DNA of 64,000 nt, taken from positions 22,968 through 86,967 of the forward strand of contig JAJDDY010000010.1 in NCBI GenBank assembly GCA_029260075.1. Reading direction: 5' to 3'. The position numbers and the translations under genes are program-made. The notes under the pieces were generated by a model, which made no database searches, was not told the origin of the DNA, and saw nothing but the letters and a program-made list of their open reading frames with translations. This document shows, piece by piece, positions 45,297-54,193 of the stretch (positions are counted from its first letter, which is position 1; each line of letters opens with the position of its first letter). Origin of the DNA: Phycisphaerae bacterium. GTDB lineage: Bacteria; Planctomycetota; Phycisphaerae; UBA1845.

Positions 45297-46850
45297 ATGA
45301 ATATCAAATTGCCGAAGGAAATCGCCGAACAGGCGGAGATCATCGCGGAGTATGCGCGGCAGGAAGGTCTCGACTTCTACCCCACGATTTTTGAAATGCT
45401 CTCGTCGGAGCAGATGTCGCAAGTGGCTGCATATTGCGGGTTCCCCAAGCGGTATCCACACTGGCGGTTCGGGATGGAGTACGAACGCCTTCGCAAGCAG
45501 CATCGCTATGGTCTAGGCCGCATCTACGAGATGGTGATCAATAACGACCCGTGCTACGCCTATCTTCTGGCCGACAACATGTTCGTTGACCACAAGACGG
45601 TGATGGCCCATGTCTACGCCCACTGCGATTTCTTCAAGCACAACGTCTGGTTCTCGAAGACCAATCGCAGCATGATCGACGAGATGGCCAACCACGCGAC
45701 TCGGGTTCGCCGATACATCGAACGACACGGTATCGAACGCGTCGAGCAGTTCATCGAGACGTTGCTGTCGCTGGAGAACTTGATTGACGCACACTCTGTG
45801 TTCGTTCGGCGTAACCCTCAGCTCGAACCGAAGAGCCAACCGGCCGTGAACCACACGCGGGAGGCCGCACGATACCCCGCCAAGGGTTATATGGATCGCT
45901 ACATCAACCCGCCCGACGTGATGACGGCGGAGCGAACGCGCCTACGGGAAGAGGCGGCGCAAGACAGCGGTCGTTTCCCGGCTGAACCCGTTCGCGACGT
46001 GCTGCTTTTCCTGCTTGAGAACGCCCCCATAGAAGATTGGGAGGCTGACATCCTCTCCATGATCCGTGAAGAGATGTACTATTTCGCGCCGCAAGGGCAA
46101 ACGAAAATCATGAATGAGGGCTGGGCGAGCTATTGGCACTCGACGCTCATGACGCGGTACATCCTTAACGACGACGAACTCATCGACTATTGCGAGCACC
46201 ACTCCGGAACGCTGGCCACCTCGCCGGGGCGACTGAACCCCTACAAGCTGGGTATCGAATTACTCCGAGATATCGAACTGCGTTGGAACACCGGGCGATA
46301 CGGTCCGGAATTCGACGCCTGCGACGACATGGCCGTGCGTCGCGTCTGGGGCAAGGAAAAAATACCGAAGGAACGCGTAATTGGTCGCGGAAGCCCAGGG
46401 CGTGAAAAAATCTTTCAGGTACGTGCTGTCTACAATGACGTGACGTTTCTTGATGAGTTCCTAACGCCGGAATTCGTCGAGGCGCAGAACCTCTATCACT
46501 ATCGCTATGATCCGAACACGCAACGAATGGTCGTGGTCAATCGGGACTTCGACAAGATCAAGAGCCAGCTATTGTTTGCACTGGCCAACCACGGTCAGCC
46601 ATACATTTTCGTGACCGATGGAAATTTCCGAAACCGCGGTGAACTCTATCTAACGCACCGCCACGCCGGCGCGGACATCGACATCAAGTACGCCCTGGAA
46701 ACACTCAAGAACATCCACCACATTTGGAAACGCCCGGTACACCTGAACGCCAGAATCGACGACGAACCGATCCTGTTTTCGTACGACGGCGAGCAGTCCA
46801 CTCAACAACACATAGACGAGCGCGTCGACGCCCCCGCCCACGATTTCTGA
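45297..46850 (+). CDS. SpoVR/YcgB-family protein
   Basis: Motifs GLDFYPTIFEMLSSEQMSQVAAYCGFPKRYPHWRFGMEYE, YEMVINNDPCYAYLL, NEGWASYWH and GELYLTHRHAGADID. Confidence 0.9.
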   Translation: MNIKLPKEIAEQAEIIAEYARQEGLDFYPTIFEMLSSEQMSQVAAYCGFPKRYPHWRFGMEYERLRKQHRYGLGRIYEMVINNDPCYAYLLADNMFVDHKTVMAHVYAHCDFFKHNVWFSKTNRSMIDEMANHATRVRRYIERHGIERVEQFIETLLSLENLIDAHSVFVRRNPQLEPKSQPAVNHTREAARYPAKGYMDRYINPPDVMTAERTRLREEAAQDSGRFPAEPVRDVLLFLLENAPIEDWEADILSMIREEMYYFAPQGQTKIMNEGWASYWHSTLMTRYILNDDELIDYCEHHSGTLATSPGRLNPYKLGIELLRDIELRWNTGRYGPEFDACDDMAVRRVWGKEKIPKERVIGRGSPGREKIFQVRAVYNDVTFLDEFLTPEFVEAQNLYHYRYDPNTQRMVVVNRDFDKIKSQLLFALANHGQPYIFVTDGNFRNRGELYLTHRHAGADIDIKYALETLKNIHHIWKRPVHLNARIDDEPILFSYDGEQSTQQHIDERVDAPAHDF

Positions 46851-47031
46851 TCCTCAAGCACCCGCGACCCACGTCGGCTCACTATCGGCGTGATTGCCCA
46901 AATTGAATCTCTGCCGTACGACTCCCCACCGCACGGGCATGCCAGGGCCGGTTCAACCATTCGCCTGACCAAAAGCGATGCGTCGAACCGATATCTAGCT
47001 TCGTGCGCCGTATGTACGCCCCACAGGCCGT

Positions 47032-49563
47032 GTGAAACGTCGTGGAGATGGATCAAGCGTGTCCCACAGCGTCGAATGTCCAGATCGGTCGAAGCTCCAC
47101 GCCTACGCTGCGGACGGGCTGGCGCAAGACGCCGTGCCGGAGCTCGAAGCGCACCTGGCCGACTGCCCCGCCTGTATGACGCGCCTGAAGGAACTGGGTC
47201 GCGGAGCGATCAAGCCGGAAATCCCAGATTGCCAAGTGGTTCGGGAACTCGGACGGGGTCGATTCGGAGTGGTTTACAAGGCCTGGCGTCTGGGTCACAG
47301 GCCGCGCATCGTCGCATTGAAAGTGCTCACGCGACCGGGCGATATGGAGAAGAGCCGCTTCGATCGCGAAATCACGGTGCTCAAGAAGCTGGACTCGCCG
47401 GGTATCGTCAAGTGCATTGACTCGGGCGAAGCCGACGACGAAATGTACTTCGTCATGGACCTTGTTGATGGCAAGCACCTCGACGAATACTTTGTGTCCA
47501 CGGAACATGACCTGGCGCACAAACTCGAAGTCTTCGAGCGCATTTGCGTTGCCGTGGCTGACGCCCATGACTTGGGCGTGACGCATCGAGACCTCAAGCC
47601 ACGCAACATACTCGTCGACGCCGACGGCCAACCGCACATACTTGACTTCGGGATTTGCTCCGTCAACGCGATCGATTGGAGTAGCGACGTACGCGGTACG
47701 ATCACACATCCCGGTGACATCATCGGGACACTCCGGTACATGTCGCCGGAACAAGCATGGGGTGGTGCGGTCGGACGGATCGATGAACGCAGCGACATCT
47801 GGGCACTGGGCATCATTCTACACGAACTGGTAACCGACGGCGGATACCCCTACTCACTCAAGTCGACGCCGGACAAGCCCGTTCACGAAGCCGTCTTGGA
47901 TCGCATCCGCAAGGAACTGCCACAGTTGCCGAACCTCTCGTCCCTCCCCCGAGGACGCGACCTCGACGTGCTGTTGCAGCGATGCCTTACCTGGGAGACG
48001 GAGGACCGACTATCGTCCGCGCGTACGCTCGCAAACGACATCCGGCGCTACCTCGACGGACAGCCGATCACCACGAAATCGCTCTGGATACCGTACCAAC
48101 TGAAACGCTTGGCCGTCGGCGCTGCCACACGATCGCGCTGGCCATTTGCTGCCGTCTTTGTCGCTATGACCACAGCCACGCTCTGGTTGACTACGATGAT
48201 GTTCAGCGTGGGATGGCGGGTCGATCGCGTCGAGCATCAACCACTGGCGCAACTAGACGCCGGGCACGGTCACTCGACCAATCCGCGTGACGGGATCGTC
48301 ATTGTGGGCATTTCGGACGAGACCGTCAATGTGGTTCGAGAGCTGGCGCCGACGATCGGGCAGAGCGGCGTCACCAGCGCCATGCCAACCTGGCGCGGCG
48401 TTCACGCCCAACTCTTGCGTCGACTCGCACGGGTCCGCCCCGCAGGTGTTGCCTGGGATTTCTACTTCCGTTCTGAACAACCAGCGGACGCGGAATTGGC
48501 CGACGCCATCGAACACCTCGAACGTATCGGCGTTCCGGTCATCCTCGCCTCTGACACTTATGACCACGAAGCGCGACCGGAGCTGAGCCGGGGACTGTCT
48601 GATCGTCTCGGGTTCCGACTGCGACACGGCGCCATCGTCGCCCGCAACATGGTGCAGCGTCCGGGCGCGTTTGTGCTGGCGTATAAACCAAACGACAACC
48701 TGATCATACCAGCCCTTACGCTCACGACCGTAGCGGCTCTTCGTCACCCCGAGGGTTACCTGGACATCGAGTGGACAGGGAGGAACGCACATCTGGATGT
48801 GCTCTGCGAGATTCGGCCTGGAGCCTACTTGCGCGAACGCGATCGAATTGACTTAACCAAAGTTGTTGCTCAGAAACGTGACGATCTCTCCGTCCGCGCC
48901 GGCGACATGGTCGCGCTCAGTACAATGCGGCTTGAATCGCCGACGGAATGGTCGCGGCGGACCGTCGCCTATGAGCGCCTGTTGACGGCTGCGGACGAGG
49001 AACTTGAGACACAGATCGCGGGGAAACTCGTGATCGTGGGCGATCTACGCACGCCGCGTTTCGGGTTCCAGGGAGATCGCCACAGCGTCAAGTACGGCGC
49101 GACCGTCGAACCGTCCGTACCGGGATGCTATCTCGTGGGCGATGCCATCGCCGGTCTGCTCAACCGCAGCTACGTGCGTCTGGCGTCTCCGCTGGGTACG
49201 CCCAAGTACTTGTTGATGGTTGCGATGGCTGTGGTCGGGTTCCTCGTTCCGATTCGCCTTGCGACACTATCGCTTTGGGAACGGCGAGGCATGCGTCGCA
49301 CGCTACTTGTGGTGGTCGCGGTACTTTCTGGGATATGTTACGCCACCATCGTCTTGGCCGATGGGTTCGCTGCGATCCATGTGGGGATGGCGGGGTTCTG
49401 CTTGTTGACCGTGATGATCGGGTCGCTGCTCGTCGAGTTCACCCGCAACCGCCATCGCATTGCCGAGCGTAAGAGGCAATCGATGAACGGGCTAACGTTT
49501 GCGACCGAGGGAACCGTTACCCTACCGCTGAAGCGGAGGAAACGGCTCCAAGCAGCACGGTAA
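47032..49563 (+). CDS. Membrane sensor Ser/Thr protein kinase: N-terminal zf-HC2-like motif, Hanks kinase domain, CHASE2-like extracytoplasmic domain and C-terminal TM bundle
   Basis: zf-HC2-like LEAHLADCPAC. Kinase motifs GRGRFGVVYKA, VALKVL, HRDLKPRNILV, DFG and SPE. A TM segment, then VIVGISDETV...WRGVHAQLLRRLARVRPAGVAWDFYF (CHASE2-like), then three C-terminal TM segments. The start is uncertain (GTG at 47032 or 47059). Confidence 0.85.
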   Translation: MKRRGDGSSVSHSVECPDRSKLHAYAADGLAQDAVPELEAHLADCPACMTRLKELGRGAIKPEIPDCQVVRELGRGRFGVVYKAWRLGHRPRIVALKVLTRPGDMEKSRFDREITVLKKLDSPGIVKCIDSGEADDEMYFVMDLVDGKHLDEYFVSTEHDLAHKLEVFERICVAVADAHDLGVTHRDLKPRNILVDADGQPHILDFGICSVNAIDWSSDVRGTITHPGDIIGTLRYMSPEQAWGGAVGRIDERSDIWALGIILHELVTDGGYPYSLKSTPDKPVHEAVLDRIRKELPQLPNLSSLPRGRDLDVLLQRCLTWETEDRLSSARTLANDIRRYLDGQPITTKSLWIPYQLKRLAVGAATRSRWPFAAVFVAMTTATLWLTTMMFSVGWRVDRVEHQPLAQLDAGHGHSTNPRDGIVIVGISDETVNVVRELAPTIGQSGVTSAMPTWRGVHAQLLRRLARVRPAGVAWDFYFRSEQPADAELADAIEHLERIGVPVILASDTYDHEARPELSRGLSDRLGFRLRHGAIVARNMVQRPGAFVLAYKPNDNLIIPALTLTTVAALRHPEGYLDIEWTGRNAHLDVLCEIRPGAYLRERDRIDLTKVVAQKRDDLSVRAGDMVALSTMRLESPTEWSRRTVAYERLLTAADEELETQIAGKLVIVGDLRTPRFGFQGDRHSVKYGATVEPSVPGCYLVGDAIAGLLNRSYVRLASPLGTPKYLLMVAMAVVGFLVPIRLATLSLWERRGMRRTLLVVVAVLSGICYATIVLADGFAAIHVGMAGFCLLTVMIGSLLVEFTRNRHRIAERKRQSMNGLTFATEGTVTLPLKRRKRLQAAR

Positions 49564-50425
49564 CAACGACGGCGAACAACACCGCCCCCCTACCGACCCA
49601 CCGAACGGCTTGGTCCTCTCGAAAGGACAATGGATAGATTGGCATGGCCAACACTCCTGAATCGCTTCCCAAGATCGTGAGACCACGCGATGTCGTCACA
49701 CGACAGGATGGTGAAAAAGGTCTAGCGTCTTGTCAGCGTCTCGTTGAGGGGCTGCATCTGAACTGACTGGTCCACTTCTTCAGAGGTGGGGTGTTTCGAA
49801 TCCAACATCGATTCGCGTCTCCCACGGCTAAAGCGATGGGCCACATTGCCCTTCAATCGATCGCCGAAAAGAGCACTAACCTTCCGAGCCGAGCCTAATG
49901 AGCGGCACGAACCCGTCAAACAGATCGATGAACCAGTAGATGATCGTAGCCATCACACCGTCCTCCGTAAGCGGTCGCCGGAACGAGTCTATTTAGTCGG
50001 CGTATATGCTGTAGGCGACGATCGGCGCAGGAGTTGGTCGCGACACCGTCGCGTAGTGGCCCGAATTCCGGGTTAATACGTCTATCGTACAGGTGGGGCC
50101 AGCGGATAAGCACAAAATCAAAATTCTTGTACGCTTTTCGACAGCCGCTCACACATGACCAAGGTATTCTCGGACCCAGCAAGAGATCGGAACGCTAATT
50201 GAGGACGGCAGGCCCAGGCGGCGGCGTGGAGTAGTGCCGCATATTTGGCGTTCTTAGATCACGGTGGAAACCCTGGCATCGCTCCTGTGTCGCGCGCAAG
50301 TAGTCAGCAAACTGAAGGCGATGTGGTACACCACTCAACAGCCTGGTAAACACCGGTAGTATTCGAGCGCGCCGCTTCGAACCCACCCGAGACAACGGAC
50401 TGCGTTCCCGTCAAGAGGCGGAAAT

Positions 50426-50461
50426 CGCTAATCGATCACCGGCTGGAATCCGGTGCCACAC
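50426..50461 (+). repeat. Hairpin repeat family A, copy 7
   Basis: cgctaatcgatcaccggctggaatccggtgccacac, preceded by gtcaagaggcggaaat. Confidence 0.85.
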
Positions 50462-51096
50462 TTCTTCGACGGGCTGTTAGGGACCCAGCCTTACCGTCGG
50501 AACAACACTGTGTCTTCGTCTCGGTAACGCTGCTGAACTCGGTCATGTGCCGTGCTCGATACCACGTTGTTCACACGATCATGTGTGCGCTCGCTCATCC
50601 CCGCAACACGACCACGCCCGAGAGGATGCGCACTGACATCTCAAACTGCCGTCCTTTCACTCCTCGTATAGATACGAAACGCGCGCACCCGATTGACACA
50701 TTCCGTAACGCCGGTTTGCCACAGACGTGTAACATCGAACCGTACCACTGCCGAACGGTCCGGGATCAGGAGATCAGACACGTTAACAAACCCACAGTTT
50801 GAGACGGTTACCGTGTCTTGAATCGCGCGGCCGTTACAACCGCCCGATGTCAACCGACTCGACGTTCGCCAACGACCAGCGCCACCCTACCCGATCCGTA
50901 TGTGTTCTTTTGTCGCCTCGGGAATACGTTGTGGTGCTTCCCTTGGAAAGCAGCTAGACTTTGCTAAGGTCGCGGTCACAGTTGTCATTCAGGGACAGAG
51001 TCATGAACGAGCGGTTTCGCGCTACAGACTAGGATGCGAGAACAGTGCAGTTGCGTCGTTCGATCCGAGACCGCAATGCACCGACGCAGTGACACG

Positions 51097-51546
51097 ATGC
51101 TGGGAAACTACGTTGCTTACAAGCGAGCCACATTTTCGACCCGCCTGCATCGGGACCGTTTGTACACGGCCGGTCATCTCTGGCTTCTTGAGCACGAGAG
51201 GAATGTTTGGCGCATCGGGTTCACAAGGTTCGCGACGCGCGTGCTCGGCGATGCGGTGGAGTTTGACTTCGAGCTCAGAGTGGACGCACCAACGAAGGTC
51301 GGCGAAGTGATTGGCTGGGTGGAAGGATTCAAGGCCGTGACGGATTTGTTCAGCCCGCTCGATGGTCGTTTCAAAGGCGGCAACCCGTTGCTTGACGAGG
51401 ACATCAGTTTGATCCAAACCAACCCGTACGGCGATGGTTGGCTTTATTCGCTTGAAGGGTCGAGAACTTCTGACTGTGTGGACGTCGACGGCTACTCGGC
51501 TGTGCTCGATGCCACGATCGACCGCATGCTGGGGAAAAGTGCATGA
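51097..51546 (+). CDS. GcvH-like (glycine-cleavage H / lipoyl-carrier-like) protein
   Basis: Motifs LYTAGHLWLLEHERNVWRIGFTRFATRVLGDAV, VIGWVEGFKAVTDLFSPLDG (Lys at the lipoyl-Lys position) and NPYGDGWLYSLEG. An alternative start lies at 51076. Confidence 0.75.
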   Translation: MLGNYVAYKRATFSTRLHRDRLYTAGHLWLLEHERNVWRIGFTRFATRVLGDAVEFDFELRVDAPTKVGEVIGWVEGFKAVTDLFSPLDGRFKGGNPLLDEDISLIQTNPYGDGWLYSLEGSRTSDCVDVDGYSAVLDATIDRMLGKSA

Positions 51547-52697
51547 CCGGCGCGTCCAAACAACAATCCCGATACATCATGATCGGCGGTTTTCTCGGCG
51601 CCGGCAAGACCACCGCCGTCGCCCAACTCGCTCGTCATCTCGTCGACGGCGGCAACCGGGTCGGTTTGATCTGCAACGACCAGAGCAACGGTCTTGTAGA
51701 CACGACGTTGCTGCGATCCTACGGGTTCGACGTCGCGGAGATTGCCGGCGGTTGTTTCTGCTGTCGGTTTGATTCTCTGGTCCAAGCCGCAGACAACCTC
51801 AGCGCCGCGAGCGCCCCCGACGTGTTCGTTGCAGAACCGGTGGGCAGTTGCACGGACTTGGTCGCTACGGTCAGTTACCCTCTACGACGCATCTACGGCG
51901 ATCGCTTCACCATCGCCCCGTTGAGTGTGCTTGTTGATCCGATACGCGCCGCGCGAATTCTGGGGCTGGCGAAGGGGCGTTCGTTCTCGTCCAAGGTCGC
52001 CTACGTCTACCGCAAGCAACTCGAAGAAGCCGACATCATCGTAGTCAACAAGTGCGACTCGATCGACCACGCGCTGCGAACATCACTTGTCGACGCCCTC
52101 TGCGCTGAATTCCCGAGGAGCAACGTGCTGTGCTGCTCGGCGCGCGATGGGACCGGCTTGGACGATTGGTTCTCTCGATTGGACTCCGCGTCTCCGGACG
52201 ACTTGCCGACCATGTCCATCGACTACGATCACTATGCCGAAGGTGAGGCGTTGCTCGGGTGGCTGAACTGCACTGTGGCCCTCGCGGGGCGCGAATTGAT
52301 TGACGCCAACGAGCTTCTTGTCGAGCTGACGGTGCGCATTCGAGACCGGCTTGCAACCGAGCGTTGCGAGATCGCCCATTTCAAGGCCACGCTCGACGCT
52401 CAGGATCGATCGGGCAACTTGTCGGTCATCAGCCTCGTACACGGCGATGGTGAGCCGGACCTTCGCGAATCGTTGGCTGATCGCATTCGGTCAGGACGCC
52501 TAATCGTCAACCTTCGAGCGGAAGGCGACCCCGAAACGCTTCGGCGCGTGACGGAAGTCGCGCTGAACGAATGTGCATCGAGGACGCCCGGCATGTCGCT
52601 CGCCATCGAACACATGGAGCACTTCCGCCCGTCGAAACCGACGCCGACGCATCGCGTATCCGTAGCCGCTCAAGGCGCCAAGGGATCACCCGCATGA
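51543..52697 (+). CDS. G3E-family P-loop GTPase (CobW/HypB/UreG-like metallochaperone type)
   Basis: ATGA overlap with the upstream gene. Motifs IMIGGFLGAGKTT, GGCFCC (GCxCC-type metal motif) and IIVVNKCD (NKxD). Confidence 0.8.
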   Translation: MTGASKQQSRYIMIGGFLGAGKTTAVAQLARHLVDGGNRVGLICNDQSNGLVDTTLLRSYGFDVAEIAGGCFCCRFDSLVQAADNLSAASAPDVFVAEPVGSCTDLVATVSYPLRRIYGDRFTIAPLSVLVDPIRAARILGLAKGRSFSSKVAYVYRKQLEEADIIVVNKCDSIDHALRTSLVDALCAEFPRSNVLCCSARDGTGLDDWFSRLDSASPDDLPTMSIDYDHYAEGEALLGWLNCTVALAGRELIDANELLVELTVRIRDRLATERCEIAHFKATLDAQDRSGNLSVISLVHGDGEPDLRESLADRIRSGRLIVNLRAEGDPETLRRVTEVALNECASRTPGMSLAIEHMEHFRPSKPTPTHRVSVAAQGAKGSPA

Positions 52698-53116
52698 TTT
52701 CGACCGACGGTCCCATCAAGAATCACGGAGATACTGCCGTCACACCGGACGCTCGTACGAGCGATACCGGACCACGCATTTTGTTCTGCAATTGCACGTA
52801 CGCGAAGGTCATTCCCAAAGAGGTCAAACGGTCTGTGCTTAAGCAGCTGAGCGATTCGGGCGTGGCGTTCGACGCGGTTGCTGATCTATGCGAAATGTCT
52901 GCACGAAAAGATCCGACGCTGGCGAACATCGCTGGTTCGGGTGATGTGAAGATCGCCGCGTGCTATCCTCGTGCGGTCAAGTGGTTGTTCCATGCCGCGG
53001 GCGTGACACTCCCGGAAGACGGTGTAGAGATACACAACATGCGAGTGCAGGGTGCTGACGAAATCGTCCCGCTACTGCTTAACGGTCGCGCTGTCGGGGG
53101 AGCCCCATCGTCATGA
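52694..53116 (+). CDS. Small hypothetical protein (140 aa) with conserved-looking Cys residues
   Basis: ATGA overlaps at both ends (52694 and 53113). Motifs ILFCNCTYAKVIP, DLCEMSARKD and KIAACYPRAVKWL. No family recognised. Confidence 0.6.
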   Translation: MISTDGPIKNHGDTAVTPDARTSDTGPRILFCNCTYAKVIPKEVKRSVLKQLSDSGVAFDAVADLCEMSARKDPTLANIAGSGDVKIAACYPRAVKWLFHAAGVTLPEDGVEIHNMRVQGADEIVPLLLNGRAVGGAPSS

Positions 53117-54009
53117 GCCAACTGCAAGGTCACAGACTGCGCGTCGTGCTCTATGAAGGACCCGGTACGTCGCCGCTTTCCAGCGAATCGCGGTTTGAAG
53201 CCATGGCGTCGCTGCTCGATCGCGGTTTCCAACTGACCCGCCCGGCCGTGGGCGGAACTGTCGCGCCTACGGACGATGCAGCCGTCCTTGTACTCGGGCA
53301 GTTCGACGGGCAAACACCGCCCGCCGATCAAAGCGACAACGGGCGCTCGATGTGTTTTCGCGACATCACCGGAGTCGACGCCGCCAACGTCGTTGGTCAG
53401 GCCGAACAGGTGGCCAAGGACGCCGGCGCCGCCCGCGAGCGCGAATGGAAACCGTGGTTTCCGGTGATTGATTTCGATCGTTGCACGAACTGTATGCAGT
53501 GTCTGAGCTTTTGCCTGTTCGACGTGTATGGCGTGGACAGCAACGACGTCATCGAAGTCCGCAACAACGACCACTGCAAGACCGATTGCCCGGCCTGTTC
53601 GCGCGTCTGTCCGGAGGTGGCCATCCTTTTCCCCAAGTACAGCAAAGGGCCGATCAACGGCGACGTGGTTCGACAGGGTGACGTCCAGCGCGAGGCCATG
53701 AAGGTCGATATTTCTTCGCTACTTGGTGGTGACATATACAAGTCACTACGCGAACGGCAATCGGGTGCACGTAAGCGATTTTCGTCAGAGCGAGACGAAT
53801 CGCGCGGACTCGTGGAACGCAGAAAATGCCTCAAGAAGCTCCAGACGACGCTCGACATTCCGGACGAAGTGTTGATGAGCCTGCCATCCGCAGGTGATAT
53901 TGAAGAACGGGCGGAGCGCGCCCGGGCCAAGACGACCAAACGGCTCGCTCGATCGCAGACGGTGAAGGATCAGCGTCCCGCACCGACCGAGGATGACTGG
54001 GGTATCTGA
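53113..54009 (+). CDS. 4Fe-4S dicluster (ferredoxin-type) domain protein with unknown flanking regions
   Basis: Cluster motifs CTNCMQCLSFC and CKTDCPACSRVCP. Charged C-terminal tail. Confidence 0.75.
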   Translation: MSQLQGHRLRVVLYEGPGTSPLSSESRFEAMASLLDRGFQLTRPAVGGTVAPTDDAAVLVLGQFDGQTPPADQSDNGRSMCFRDITGVDAANVVGQAEQVAKDAGAAREREWKPWFPVIDFDRCTNCMQCLSFCLFDVYGVDSNDVIEVRNNDHCKTDCPACSRVCPEVAILFPKYSKGPINGDVVRQGDVQREAMKVDISSLLGGDIYKSLRERQSGARKRFSSERDESRGLVERRKCLKKLQTTLDIPDEVLMSLPSAGDIEERAERARAKTTKRLARSQTVKDQRPAPTEDDWGI

Positions 54010-54050
54010 TGTTGTTGTTGGCGATGGACTCGACACAATGGCTATGCGAA

Positions 54051-54141
54051 GGAGCGAGAAGGGATTCACGCTCCAGCCGCGGGTATCGGGATTCACGCTC
54101 CAGCCGTGTGTGGCTAAGAGCGCGAGATTCACGCTTCGAAC
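54051..54141 (+). repeat. Family C, variant units (gattcacgctccagcc)
   Basis: ggagcgagaagggattcacgctccagcc, then gggattcacgctccagcc, then gagattcacgcttcgaac. Confidence 0.8.
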
Positions 54142-54193
54142 TGCGACACTTGGTACTCGCTTGTCGGTATGGAGTGCGAGGTAGAGGACTACG

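Noticed and set aside
49517-49699. A 60-aa minus-strand ORF with a hydrophobic C-terminus, overlapping the 3' end of the kinase gene.
   Set aside because: It has no RBS, overlaps a well-supported gene, and has antisense-shadow composition. The evidence is insufficient.
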